A stretch of 35,501 nt of DNA, taken from positions 1 through 35,501 of the forward strand of contig CAZXZL010000005.1 of the NCBI GenBank assembly GCA_964645415.1, given 5' to 3'. The translations under genes were made by a program, and so were the position numbers. The notes under the pieces are model-generated. The model saw only the letters and a program-made list of their open reading frames with translations, made no database searches and was not told the DNA's origin. Origin of the DNA: an uncultured Methanosarcinales archaeon. Lineage in GTDB: Archaea; Nanobdellota; Nanobdellia; Woesearchaeales; CAZXZL01. Shown here piece after piece: positions 1-9,158 of the stretch; the first letter of the stretch is position 1; the number at the start of each line of letters is the position of its first letter.

Positions 1-269
1 CATTAAGTGAATGGTATGATCAATATAATAAGTATCATAAATCTGATGAAATTAACTTTGATGGTGGAGATGATGTTTTAGAAAAGATTGAAGATGAATA
101 TGGTTGTGACAGTAAAATTGATGGAATTACAAAAAGTTTTAATGATTGGTGGTTTAACTTAAGAAAAAGTAATACTGAAAATGTAGTAAGATTAAATATA
201 GAAGCAGAAACAAAAGACCTATTAAATAAAAAAGTAAGTGAATTATCTGAGTTTATAAATGATATTTAG
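1..269 (+). CDS. Phosphohexomutase (phosphomannomutase/phosphoglucomutase family), C-terminal fragment; 5' end lies outside the window
   Basis: Not in the ORF track because there is no start in the window. Manual translation of frame 3 up to TAG at 267-269 gives ...DGITKSFNDWWFNLRKSNTENVVRLNIEAETKDLLNKKVSELSEFINDI. The W-F-N-x-R-x-S-N-T-E-x-x-x-R-L-N-x-E stretch matches the domain-4 phosphate-binding loop of alpha-D-phosphohexomutases. Confidence 0.7.
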   Translation, partial: LSEWYDQYNKYHKSDEINFDGGDDVLEKIEDEYGCDSKIDGITKSFNDWWFNLRKSNTENVVRLNIEAETKDLLNKKVSELSEFINDI

Positions 270-323
270 GTTAAAACCTAAATAATTCGGTTGTTTTATA
301 TAATAAAAGAGGGTTGTTTTTTT

Positions 324-872
324 ATGAAAAATCGTATTGTTTTGGATTATGAAACAATTAAGGCTTTATCTTATGATACAAGACTTGAAATATTAAAAGT
401 ATTATCTGAAAGAAATTTAACATTATCTGAGATTTCAGAAGAATTAGATTTAAAACCAGCAACAATAAAAGAACATTTAAAGAAATTACTTAATTCTGAT
501 CTAATTTCAAAAGAAGATACAGATAGAAAATGGAAATATTATAGTCTTACAAAAAAAGGAAAAAAAGTTGTTGGAAAAAAAGAATTCAATGTTAAATTTA
601 TGTTATTTATAAGTTCTATTATCTCAGCAGCATTTGGTTTTTTATTTGTAAGAGAAACTTTTAATTTTTTATCAGAACCAAAAGAACAAGCAACAAGAAC
701 AATGGTTCAGGAGACAGCAGATGATGTTTTAGCTGAATCTGTTGCAGAAGTAGGAATTCAGTTTCCGTGGATTTATTTTGTTTTATTTATAATTTCTTTA
801 CTAATTTTAGGTTCTTTAATAGGTTATAAAATATTTAAGGTGAAAAGAAATGAAAAATTTAAAATGGATTAA
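324..872 (+). CDS. ArsR-family winged-helix regulator with C-terminal transmembrane segments (membrane-tethered)
   Basis: The N-terminus LDYETIKALSYDTRLEILKVLSERNLTLSEISEELDLKPATIKEHLKKLLNSDLI is a typical ArsR/SmtB HTH. Two hydrophobic stretches follow (FMLFISSIISAAFGFLFV and WIYFVLFIISLLILGSLIGY). The track starts at TTG 291. ATG 324, preceded by aaaagaggg, is the more likely start. Confidence 0.75.
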   Translation: MKNRIVLDYETIKALSYDTRLEILKVLSERNLTLSEISEELDLKPATIKEHLKKLLNSDLISKEDTDRKWKYYSLTKKGKKVVGKKEFNVKFMLFISSIISAAFGFLFVRETFNFLSEPKEQATRTMVQETADDVLAESVAEVGIQFPWIYFVLFIISLLILGSLIGYKIFKVKRNEKFKMD

Positions 873-1605
873 CTTTGGACTAGTATTGATTGTTTTAGTA
901 GTTTTTTTAATTGGTATTGGATCTCCAAATATACCTCAAGATGCGGTATATGAGATTGTTGATGGTACTAATACAAATGTAATGCAGTTAAGAGATACTG
1001 CTGAAACTGAAGTTGAACCAAATGAAGTAAAAGTTAACTTAAGAATTGTAACAAGAGATGAAGATCATCAAAGCGCAGTTGATGAAAATACTGAGATAAA
1101 TAATGAGATAATTAATTATTTTGAAGATGATTATGAAGTTGTTTCTGAAAGCTATCGTGTTTCTGAATGGACTGATAGAGATCCTGAAACAAGAGAGATA
1201 AATGTGTTAGGATATGAGGTTTATAACACAATCAGTATTAAATCTGAAGATATTGAAAAAGCAGGAGAAATAACATCTAAAGCTTTTGATTTAGGTGCAC
1301 ACGAAGTGCAATCAATTGATTATAGAATTGATGATGAAAAAAGAAGAGAGATTCAAGATGAATTGACAAATGAAGCAATTAAAGCAATTAAAGAAAGAGC
1401 AGAAAATATTGCACAAGTAAGTGGTGTTGATATAACAGGAATTGTTGAAATTTCTCCAGACTCTTGGGATTATTCACCTGTTACAATGAGAAGTGAAGAA
1501 GTTCAAATGGAGATGGCTGATGCTAGTACTTATCAAGAACCAGATTTTTCTCCAGGTGAAGAAAAAGTTTCAACATCTGTTTCAATTACTTTTAGAATAA
1601 AATAA
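850..1605 (+). CDS. SIMPL/DUF541-like secreted or membrane-anchored protein
   Basis: It has an N-terminal TM/signal segment (WINFGLVLIVLVVFLIGIG). The C-terminal part (ELTNEAIKAIKERAENIAQVSGVDITGIVEIS) resembles the SIMPL/DUF541 family. The SD taaggtga sits 6 nt upstream of the ATG. The gene overlaps the upstream ArsR gene by 23 nt. Confidence 0.6.
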   Translation: MKNLKWINFGLVLIVLVVFLIGIGSPNIPQDAVYEIVDGTNTNVMQLRDTAETEVEPNEVKVNLRIVTRDEDHQSAVDENTEINNEIINYFEDDYEVVSESYRVSEWTDRDPETREINVLGYEVYNTISIKSEDIEKAGEITSKAFDLGAHEVQSIDYRIDDEKRREIQDELTNEAIKAIKERAENIAQVSGVDITGIVEISPDSWDYSPVTMRSEEVQMEMADASTYQEPDFSPGEEKVSTSVSITFRIK

Positions 1606-1627
1606 TTTTTTTCTTTTTTTTTCTTTT
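1606..1627 (+). terminator. Oligo-T archaeal-type terminator
   Basis: The tract tttttttctttttttttctttt lies immediately after the TAA of the SIMPL gene. The same T-run/C/T-run pattern recurs after three other genes. Confidence 0.5.
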
Positions 1628-1740
1628 AAATTTATTATATTTCTACTAATTCTATTAATTTTAAAATTAAATTTAGAAAAACTATGTCTTTTGTAATTTT
1701 TATCTTTATTTTCATTAGTCAGTAACAACAAATCAAAATA

Positions 1741-1748
1741 TTTATAAA
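1741..1748 (+). promoter_or_regulatory. TATA-box-like element (aatatTTTATAAAat) upstream of the 1794 gene
   Basis: It matches the window-wide AA(C/T)ATTTATA(A/T)A motif and lies 46 nt upstream of the ATG, with agagg (SD-like) between them. Confidence 0.4.
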
Positions 1749-1793
1749 ATATAATTTTTTTCTTTATATAACAACTATCTTAGAGGTTTTATT

Positions 1794-2831
1794 ATGATAT
1801 TTAAAAAAAATAAATTAAAAAATGAAAACATAGAAAAAATAGCAAGAAACTTCTCTGCTGCTATTGCTAATGATATTAATTATGATCATGATGAATTTAA
1901 AAATTTTATAAGTAATACTGAAAACCTTGAAAGATTTACTAATAAGTATATTGTTGATTTAATTGAAAGCAAGGATGAAAAAAAACTTAATGATTATTTA
2001 GAAAAAACTTCTGAGTTAAATGATTATATTTCTAATACAATAAAGAAAGGAGGAAAAGTAAATGATTTCTTTTATAATCACTTTTATGAATCATTAAAAT
2101 CTAAAGTAAGTCATGAATATAGTAATAAAAAAGATTTTTTTAAAAAAATAGCAAGAGTTTCCTTAGGATTAGGAGATAATAAAAATAAACTTGATATAAT
2201 TTCTAATGATAAAGAAAGTTTAGAAGTAATGGTTGAATCAGCAATTACTGGAGATATGGTTGATGATTCAAAAATCTTTTTTAATAATAAATATAGTCGT
2301 GATTTAAAACATTTAGGTAAGTTAGCAAGAAATAATTCTTTTTATGATTTATCAATGGATTCTTATGAGTATTTAAATAATAGAAAGGAATCTGAAAAAA
2401 CTTTAAAATCTTGTATTAATGAATATTTAAGAAAGAAGAATTCTAATAAATTAAAACAAAAGTCACTTAACTTAGCAGATAGATATTATCAATTATCAAA
2501 AGATTTAGATAATTTATCAAAAGAATCATTTGATTTTTTTGAAGATGTATCAAAAATAGGAGATGATGGAATGAAGTATTTAGATAGTATCTTAGGTGAA
2601 ATGTTTAATGATTCAAACATTGAAACTAAAAGTAAGATAAAAGCAATTCATAAATATGCAGATATTTGTCTAAAAGATAGAGAATATATAGAAAAAAATG
2701 AATATCTCTCAAAAGCAAATAATTGGTTATTAACAGCTAAAAACAATTTAGATGATACTGATAAAAATAAGTACTTTTCAAAACTAAAAAACAAAATTAA
2801 TAATATTAGTACTTATTTTAATTCTAGTTAA
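1794..2831 (+). CDS. Hypothetical K/N/D-rich protein (345 aa), partner gene upstream of family-P member 1
   Basis: A 345-codon ORF in stop-rich AT-rich DNA is unlikely to be spurious. I recognise no motif, TM segment or signal peptide. Confidence 0.7.
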   Translation: MIFKKNKLKNENIEKIARNFSAAIANDINYDHDEFKNFISNTENLERFTNKYIVDLIESKDEKKLNDYLEKTSELNDYISNTIKKGGKVNDFFYNHFYESLKSKVSHEYSNKKDFFKKIARVSLGLGDNKNKLDIISNDKESLEVMVESAITGDMVDDSKIFFNNKYSRDLKHLGKLARNNSFYDLSMDSYEYLNNRKESEKTLKSCINEYLRKKNSNKLKQKSLNLADRYYQLSKDLDNLSKESFDFFEDVSKIGDDGMKYLDSILGEMFNDSNIETKSKIKAIHKYADICLKDREYIEKNEYLSKANNWLLTAKNNLDDTDKNKYFSKLKNKINNISTYFNSS

Positions 2832-2865
2832 TTAAGAACTTTACTTTATTTTTAAGGTGATTTAA

Positions 2866-3576
2866 ATGAAAACTATTGAAAATTATAATGAAATTAAACC
2901 TGCAGGAAATACGAAAGTTGCTAATGAATATAAAAATTTAGATGAATTAAGATCTCATCTTTATGACTTATCTTCTGATTTAGAGAATGAATTAAAAGAT
3001 AAAAAAACAATTTATGATAATAAAAGGATTGAAGCTTTAAGAAAACCATTTAAACTTGAGTTAATGAATATTATTTTAACAGAAGATTATGATTTATCTA
3101 AAAAAGATGATGTTGAAAAACACGTAATTTGTTATAATCAAATACCTAGATTAGACTCAGGTGATAGTTATGATTCTTTATTTGATATTTTAAAAAATGA
3201 TTTAGATAGATATATCAAAGATGATATTAAAGAAAAATATCATTATCTAAAAAGTGATCTAAAAGAGAATTATGATTTAAAGTTAAATGATGATTCTATT
3301 TTTTACTTTCTAAATGTTAAATCTAATGATGTAGAAAAAAAGAGTTATGATAGAAAAGGAGAAGAATTTATTGAAAGATGGGGACTTCCAGTATCAATAA
3401 ATGGAAATAATACTAAATTTGATAGGTTTTATATCGTTGATGAAGGATTTAAAATTATTTATGATAAAAACAATCTACATACATTTAGAGGATATTCAAA
3501 AGAATGTTTAGAGGATTTCATCAAAAATGGAAAAGATTTAAAAATTGATTCTTGTAAATATAATATCAAAAATTAA
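2866..3576 (+). CDS. Family-P paralog 1 (unknown function)
   Basis: It shares with the five other ORFs the N-terminal G-x-(N/D)-T...L-x-E-(I/L)-x-x-(Y/H)-L-x-x-(I/L)-S-x-x-L-E block, the K-R-I-x-x-L-(K/R)-K-P block, and the C-terminal GLPV...FY(I/L)...G.K(I)..D... block. The SD ttaaggtgat precedes the ATG. Confidence 0.8.
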   Translation: MKTIENYNEIKPAGNTKVANEYKNLDELRSHLYDLSSDLENELKDKKTIYDNKRIEALRKPFKLELMNIILTEDYDLSKKDDVEKHVICYNQIPRLDSGDSYDSLFDILKNDLDRYIKDDIKEKYHYLKSDLKENYDLKLNDDSIFYFLNVKSNDVEKKSYDRKGEEFIERWGLPVSINGNNTKFDRFYIVDEGFKIIYDKNNLHTFRGYSKECLEDFIKNGKDLKIDSCKYNIKN

Positions 3577-3590
3577 TTTTTTAGATTAAA

Positions 3591-4391
3591 ATGGAATATA
3601 AAGAAGGAAATTTAGGGGATATTGATACATATTCAAATGATGATTTAAATGAATTATATCAAAGCTTAAAAAAGAATGAATTAGATATTGAAATGATTAG
3701 GAAGAAATTTTATTATACAATGATAAAAGATTCTAAATCATTAGATGATATTGTTCAAAATTATAGTGAAAATGATATAAAAAAAACTGAAAAAAAGTAT
3801 CAGAATATGATTGATTCTTTCAATTATAACCCTTCTTTTAAAAACTATTATGAAGATAATTCCTTTAATTATTTTATAAATAATAAAGGTAAAAATCACT
3901 CTAAAAAATTAAATTATAAAGGTTATAATTATAGAAATAAGTTGTATCTGAAATTTTCTGAAAAAGATATTATTGAAAAGACAGAAGACTATTCTAAATT
4001 CATTGAAAAATTATATCAAAATTTATTTGAAAATGAAGTAATAGATAAAGGTAAAATTACACATCATTTTTTTAATTCTCCTACAAGGTCTTATTGTAAA
4101 AATAAAGACGTTATGATTTTTTATTTTAACTCTGAGAATAAAAATCACTTCCAAGAATTTAATGATATATATAATGAATTAACTAATGATGTTGAACTTA
4201 ATCCAAAAGTTAAATTTAGAGAGATTGGAAGAGATGTAGAAACATCATATAATAATTTAATGTCTATTTGGATGTCAAATAAATATATATCTGAAGAAGA
4301 GAATATTAATTCAAAAGAAGATTTTAGAGATTTTTTTAAAAAGACAATTAATAAATATCGTGAGGTTATCTTAAATAAGAAGTGGGTTTAA
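3591..4391 (+). CDS. Hypothetical K/N-rich protein (266 aa), partner gene upstream of family-P member 2
   Basis: It is a long ORF with no TM segment or signal peptide and no confidently recognised domain. Its stop is 1 nt from the start of the next gene. Confidence 0.7.
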   Translation: MEYKEGNLGDIDTYSNDDLNELYQSLKKNELDIEMIRKKFYYTMIKDSKSLDDIVQNYSENDIKKTEKKYQNMIDSFNYNPSFKNYYEDNSFNYFINNKGKNHSKKLNYKGYNYRNKLYLKFSEKDIIEKTEDYSKFIEKLYQNLFENEVIDKGKITHHFFNSPTRSYCKNKDVMIFYFNSENKNHFQEFNDIYNELTNDVELNPKVKFREIGRDVETSYNNLMSIWMSNKYISEEENINSKEDFRDFFKKTINKYREVILNKKWV

Positions 4392-4392
4392 G

Positions 4393-5124
4393 ATGAAGTT
4401 ATACAAAGATATTTATGGTTTAGAACCTGGTTCAAATACTTTTATCTGTGGTGAATTCGATTCAATAAATATGATTAAAGATTATCTTGATCAAATATCA
4501 TTTAAATTAGAAAATGTATTAGGTAATAACCTTTCTAACTATGATAGAAAAAGAATAAATTTCATGAAAAAACCATTTCATAAAGACTTATATCAAATAA
4601 TTCGTGATGAAAAGATTTATGAAAATGAAGATGAAGTGAGAATAGATAGATATTCAAATATTATTTTAAATCAAGAAAAATATGATGAGTTATTTGAACG
4701 TTTAAACTCATCTTTAGATGAAAAAATTAAAGAAAAAGTTTTTGAAAGATATAATGAAATTAATGATTCAATAAAAAATAATTACTCTTTTAAAATAGAT
4801 GAAGATAATATTTATTATAAATTAAAAACTCATTTAAATAGTAGTTCATATTATCTAAAAGAATCATATTTTGAAGATTATGCATTACCAGTTAATTTAG
4901 ATTCTAATAATTTGAAAAAATTTTATTTAAATCCAAAAGGTAATAAGTATTTACATGATCAATCAGGTTCAATATTATTTAAAAATAAATCAGTTGATGG
5001 TTTAAAGGATTTAATGAAGAATGGAACAAAAATAAAAGATATTTCTTTAAAAAGTAGTATTGTTCCAGAAGTAACTCTTAAATCTAATAAGTATAGTTCT
5101 ATATATGATTATGAATTACTTTAA
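4393..5124 (+). CDS. Family-P paralog 2 (unknown function)
   Basis: The blocks GSNTFICGEFDSINMIKDYLDQISFKLE, YDRKRINFMKKP and LPVNLDSNNLKKFYLNPKGNKYLHDQSGSILFKNKSVDGLKDLMKNGTKI align with paralog 3 at about 50% identity in the C-terminal block. Confidence 0.8.
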   Translation: MKLYKDIYGLEPGSNTFICGEFDSINMIKDYLDQISFKLENVLGNNLSNYDRKRINFMKKPFHKDLYQIIRDEKIYENEDEVRIDRYSNIILNQEKYDELFERLNSSLDEKIKEKVFERYNEINDSIKNNYSFKIDEDNIYYKLKTHLNSSSYYLKESYFEDYALPVNLDSNNLKKFYLNPKGNKYLHDQSGSILFKNKSVDGLKDLMKNGTKIKDISLKSSIVPEVTLKSNKYSSIYDYELL

Positions 5125-5139
5125 TATCTAATTATATTC

Positions 5140-5275
5140 AGATACACCTAAAGAAAACATCTACGTTTTTTTCTAAAGAATGTATCTACGTTTTTTAGCT
5201 AAAGGTTTGCTCTACTCAAAAAAATCTAATTAAAATATCAGGATTTCTTAATATTCTAAATCAGCAGATTTATTC
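5140..5275. repeat. Partial, inverted copy of the dispersed intergenic repeat plus an AAATC-agca-GATTT palindrome
   Basis: The sequence tgtatctacgttttttagctaaagg (5181-5205) is the reverse complement of the cctttagctaaaacgaatacat-type motif seen at 27271/27322/35276. There is a direct repeat atctacgttttt at 5159 and 5184. The 14-mer aaatcagcagattt at 5258-5271 is identical to 15033-15046. Confidence 0.5.
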
Positions 5276-5374
5276 AAATAACATAAAAACATTACAAAAC
5301 AGAAATCCTTTCAATAATGAGTAATAGAAAAAACATATAAATAATATAAATCTTAAAAATAATATTGAGTAAAT

Positions 5375-6607
5375 ATGGTAGAATTAATGTGTCCCGCAGG
5401 GGATATGAAATCATTACAAGCAGCAATTAAAGCAGGTGCCGATTCTGTTTATTTTGGAGTAGGAGATTTAAACATGAGAGCTCGTGCTGCTAAATTTTCA
5501 AATGAAGACCTAAAAAAGATTGTTAAGATATGTAAATCTAATGATGTGAAATCTTATTTAACCTTAAATACAGTAATGTATGATGAAGAGATTGAAGATA
5601 TGAAGAAAATATGTGACAGAGTAAAAAAACTTGGTGTGAGTGCTATAATTGCATCAGATATCTCTGTAATAAAGTATGCAAATTCTATAGACCTTGAAGT
5701 TCATATGTCAACACAAGCAAATATTTCAAATTATGAAGCAGTAAAATTTTATTCAAAATTTGCCGATGTAATTGTATTAGCAAGAGAACTTTCATTAAAT
5801 CAAATAAAAAATATTACTGATAAGATAAAGGAAAATAACTTATGTGGTCCAAATGGTAACTTAATTCAAATTGAAGTTTTTGTTCATGGTGCATTATGTG
5901 TTGCTATTTCAGGAAAATGTTATATGAGCTTGGCTCAATATAATGAATCCGCAAATAGAGGAAAATGTCTTCAAAGTTGTAGAAGAAAATATAAAGTATA
6001 TGACGATGAAACAGGAAAAGAATTGAAAATTGAAAATAACTATGTAATGTCTCCTAGTGATTTATGTACAATAGGTATGATTGATAAACTTATAGAATCA
6101 GGTGTTAATGTTTTTAAAATTGAAGGAAGAGCAAGAGGTCCAAATTATGTTCATACTGTTGTAAGTACCTACAAAAAAGCAATTAACTCTTATTTTAATA
6201 AAAATTATTCTAAATCAAAAATAAAAAAATGGAAAAAAGATTTAAGAAGTGTTTTTAACCGTGGTTTTTGGGAAAATGGTTATTATCAAGGAAAAAAACT
6301 TGGTGAATGGTCTGGAGAATATGGTAGTAAAGCAACTACAAAAAAAGTACAATTAGGAAAAGTACTAAATTATTTTAAAAAACCAAAAATTGCATATATT
6401 GAGATATATTCTAATGAAGTATCTATTGGTGACAAATTATTTGTTACTGGAAATAAAACTGGTTCTGTTTATCAAAAAGTTGAAAGTATATATAATAATG
6501 ATGAAAAACCGATTAAAAAAGCAAATAAAGGAACTAAAGTGACAATCCCTATTAATGAGACTGTAAGAAAGAATGATGAAGTTTATAAAATAATAAAAAA
6601 AGAATGA
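5375..6607 (+). CDS. Peptidase U32 family protein
   Basis: The N-terminus ELMCPAGDMKSLQAAIKAGADSVYFG is typical. EVFVHGALCVAISGKCYMS matches the U32 signature E-x-F-x2-G-[SA]-[LIVM]-C-x4-G-x-C-x-[LIVM]-S. FKIEGRARGPNYV is also present. Confidence 0.9.
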   Translation: MVELMCPAGDMKSLQAAIKAGADSVYFGVGDLNMRARAAKFSNEDLKKIVKICKSNDVKSYLTLNTVMYDEEIEDMKKICDRVKKLGVSAIIASDISVIKYANSIDLEVHMSTQANISNYEAVKFYSKFADVIVLARELSLNQIKNITDKIKENNLCGPNGNLIQIEVFVHGALCVAISGKCYMSLAQYNESANRGKCLQSCRRKYKVYDDETGKELKIENNYVMSPSDLCTIGMIDKLIESGVNVFKIEGRARGPNYVHTVVSTYKKAINSYFNKNYSKSKIKKWKKDLRSVFNRGFWENGYYQGKKLGEWSGEYGSKATTKKVQLGKVLNYFKKPKIAYIEIYSNEVSIGDKLFVTGNKTGSVYQKVESIYNNDEKPIKKANKGTKVTIPINETVRKNDEVYKIIKKE

Positions 6608-6645
6608 TTATTTTAACTACTTAATAATGAGTATTAATCTAAATA

Positions 6646-6653
6646 TTTATATA
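6646..6653 (+). promoter_or_regulatory. TATA-box-like element (aatatTTTATATAta) upstream of family-P paralog 3
   Basis: It matches the shared AA(C/T)ATTTATA motif and lies about 37 nt upstream of ATG 6690. Confidence 0.4.
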
Positions 6654-6689
6654 TAACAAATACCATAGTCAAATAATAAGTTGATAAAC

Positions 6690-7394
6690 ATGGAAATGTT
6701 AAAAGGAAAATACGGATTTTATTATGGTGGTGACACTTTTTTAAGAGGTAAATTTTCTAATTTAAATGAAATTAAAGATTATTTAGATCATGTTTCAACA
6801 GACCTTAAAAAAAGTGACATGATTATTAATTTATCTGAAAATTATGATGATTTGTTTAGTAGCTTAAAAAAACCTCTCTTAAAGAAAATATTTCGTAACT
6901 CTGATAAATTTCTGAATAGTTTCTTTGAAAATTCATTTGATGATGTTGAAACTTTTTTAATCTCAGAAGAAGATTATGATTTACTTTATAAAAACACTAG
7001 TCAAAATTTATATGATAAAGTTTATAATGATATTAAATCCCATTATGATAAAATTAATGATAAACTAAAAAAAGAGTATTCAATGATTTTAAATGATGAT
7101 GAAATTTATTACTCTTTTGATATTAAATTTAATGATTATTCAGATATTTCCTTTAAAGAAAGATTAGGTTTTCCAGTTCTTTTAAACTCTATTGATTATG
7201 ATGAATTTTATCTTATTGAAAAAGGAGATAAAATTGTTCATGATGATAATGGTTCTATCTTATTTAAAGATAAAACAACAAGTGGTTTAGAAGATTTAAT
7301 TAAATTTGGTTCTAAAATAAGTAAGATTAACTCAAAAAAAGATAATCATTTGTCTAAAGAATATGTTGAAGGTATTGATTATATCTCAATCTGA
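6690..7394 (+). CDS. Family-P paralog 3 (unknown function)
   Basis: It contains GGDTFLRGKFSNLNEIKDYLDHVSTDLK, SLKKP and GFPVLLNSIDYDEFYLIEKGDKIVHDDNGSILFKDKTTSGLEDLIKFGSKI. The track starts at TTG 6681. ATG 6690 or 6696 is more likely. Confidence 0.8.
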   Translation: MEMLKGKYGFYYGGDTFLRGKFSNLNEIKDYLDHVSTDLKKSDMIINLSENYDDLFSSLKKPLLKKIFRNSDKFLNSFFENSFDDVETFLISEEDYDLLYKNTSQNLYDKVYNDIKSHYDKINDKLKKEYSMILNDDEIYYSFDIKFNDYSDISFKERLGFPVLLNSIDYDEFYLIEKGDKIVHDDNGSILFKDKTTSGLEDLIKFGSKISKINSKKDNHLSKEYVEGIDYISI

Positions 7395-7454
7395 TTTTAT
7401 TTCTTACCACAATAAATAAATAACATGATTTTTTTAAGAAGTTGGTGTTTAATA

Positions 7455-7898
7455 ATGACTGTTAAAAAAGGAGATAAAGTAAAAGTTGAATATACTGGTA
7501 AATTGGATGATGGTAGTGTCTTTGATTCTTCAAAACATGGTGATCATTCACATCCACTTGAATTCGAAGTAGGTTCTGGTATGGTTATAAAAGGTTTTGA
7601 TGAAGCTGTTATTGGAATGAAAGAAGGAGAAGAAAAAGAGTTTTCTGTAGAGCCAGAAGAAGCTTATGGTGAGAGAAATCCTGAATTAATTAAAAAAGTT
7701 CCAAGAGAACATCTTCCTGATGATCAAGAACCAGAAGTTGGTATGAATTTAATGATTGAAACTCCTGAAGGTCAAAAATTTCCTTCTAAAATTGTTGAGA
7801 TGGACGAAGAAAATTTAACTGTTGATCTTAATCATCCACTTGCTGGAAAAAATCTTAACTTTGAAATCAAAGTTGTTGATATTGAAAGTGAAGATTAA
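7455..7898 (+). CDS. FKBP-type peptidyl-prolyl cis-trans isomerase (short archaeal/SlyD-like, with IF insert)
   Basis: The motifs are KGDKVKVEYTGKLDDGSVFDSS, FEVGSGMVIKGFDEAVIGMKEGEEKEF and DLNHPLAGKNLNFEIKVVDI. ATG 7455 follows ggtg, whereas the track start at 7425 adds an unlikely leader. Confidence 0.9.
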   Translation: MTVKKGDKVKVEYTGKLDDGSVFDSSKHGDHSHPLEFEVGSGMVIKGFDEAVIGMKEGEEKEFSVEPEEAYGERNPELIKKVPREHLPDDQEPEVGMNLMIETPEGQKFPSKIVEMDEENLTVDLNHPLAGKNLNFEIKVVDIESED

Positions 7899-7924
7899 TT
7901 TTTTCTTTTTTCTTTTTTTATTTT
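7899..7924. terminator. Oligo-T tract between convergent genes
   Basis: The tract ttttttcttttttctttttttatttta follows the FKBP stop directly and abuts the stop of the minus-strand gene at 7923. Confidence 0.45.
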
Positions 7925-8981
7925 ATGTTAATGAAAAGAACTTTTTTGTAATTTCTCTATAACTTTTATTACTAATTAAATTATTAGCTATCTTAAAATC
8001 ATTTTCATCATCAACATCAAAACCAAATTCAGGTGGTGTTCTTGAAATACTAAAAGAAACTTTATTATCTAATAGTTTATTTTGAACTAATTCTTCTAAA
8101 TTAGATATATCTATTGAATAATTAATATTTCCTTTTAAAATAATATTACCTAATAATAACCTTCTTAGAAAACTTGATTTTAATAAAGAAAATGTTAATA
8201 ACTCTAATAAATTTGAAGGATAATTTTCTTTTATTTTGTTATCATCTTGAATAATTTTACAAATTTTTTCATAATTTTTACTATCATTAAATACTCTTTT
8301 CATAGAACTTAGTTCATCAAATTTTCTTTCTAACTCGTTTATATTATTATAAACATTTTTATTGATTATTACTGTATTGCCAAAAGCAAGCTTTGGATTA
8401 CTTCTTTTATATTTTGAATTATTATCTTTGAAATTAATTCCAAACTTCTTTTGTTTTTTTATATTTTTATCTTTAAAATATCTATTATAAAAAAGGTTCA
8501 TTTCATTTAAATCAGTCATTCCAAAAATAATATCTTTATTGTAATTTTTCTTTATAGATTTATTATAAAATTCATCAATATCACTAGAATTAATACTTGG
8601 TATATCTCCAGTAAATATAATAGTTCTCTTTTCATAATTATTTGAATATACTTCATTTATTGATTGTTTTAGATTATTTGATAATGAATTTCCTTTCTGT
8701 TCTAAAATATTTACATTATAATCTAGATTTTTTAACTTGTTTTTATCACCTATAACAAAGATATTATTTTCATCAATAATTTCAGAATTAACTATTGACT
8801 CAAGAGTATTTTCTAATATTGTTTTATCATTATTAAGATATCGAGATAATTTGTTATCACTATATAAAAATGATGTTTCATATTTTTTATTCATCTTTAA
8901 TTTATCTCTAATCTCTTCTTTTTTATATTCATCCTTATTTTCTCCAGCTAAAACAATTGAATATATCTTATTACTTTGCAT
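7923..8981 (-). CDS. Hypothetical protein with a possible MobA-like nucleotidyltransferase (GT-A-like) N-terminal fold
   Basis: YSIVLAGENKDE resembles the (I/V)-(I/L)-L-A-G-G loop but lacks the second Gly. IIFTGDIPSINSSDIDEF resembles the gD-x-P-l acidic motif of the NTP_transf_3 family. This is weak, by-eye evidence only. Confidence 0.35.
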   Translation of the reverse strand: MQSNKIYSIVLAGENKDEYKKEEIRDKLKMNKKYETSFLYSDNKLSRYLNNDKTILENTLESIVNSEIIDENNIFVIGDKNKLKNLDYNVNILEQKGNSLSNNLKQSINEVYSNNYEKRTIIFTGDIPSINSSDIDEFYNKSIKKNYNKDIIFGMTDLNEMNLFYNRYFKDKNIKKQKKFGINFKDNNSKYKRSNPKLAFGNTVIINKNVYNNINELERKFDELSSMKRVFNDSKNYEKICKIIQDDNKIKENYPSNLLELLTFSLLKSSFLRRLLLGNIILKGNINYSIDISNLEELVQNKLLDNKVSFSISRTPPEFGFDVDDENDFKIANNLISNKSYREITKKFFSLT

Positions 8982-9120
8982 TATTTAAATAAAAATATTT
9001 TATTATATAACTTTTTTCAAATTTTTTTAGTTATTGTATTTTCTAATTTACTATTTATTAAAAATAACTAATCTCAAAAATAATTAAATTTATGACTATA
9101 AAATAATTAAAATAATAACA

Positions 9121-9128
9121 TTTATATA
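9121..9128 (+). promoter_or_regulatory. TATA-box-like element (aacaTTTATATAtt) upstream of the family-P tandem array
   Basis: It matches the shared motif and lies 31 nt upstream of the 9159 start. Confidence 0.4.
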
Positions 9129-9158
9129 TTATTAAAATAAGTTTATCACATATATAAG

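Noticed and set aside
3591-4391. Assigning an enzymatic fold to the 266-aa partner protein from the stretch KNKDVMIFYFNSENK
   Set aside because: There is only a vague resemblance to short motifs seen in unrelated families, and nothing I could defend without an HMM or structure search. It is left as hypothetical.
8737-8988. 83-aa plus-strand ORF in the track
   Set aside because: It lies entirely antisense to the 352-aa gene at 7923-8981. The product is low-complexity and I/L/S-rich, and there is no SD or promoter. It is a typical shadow ORF.
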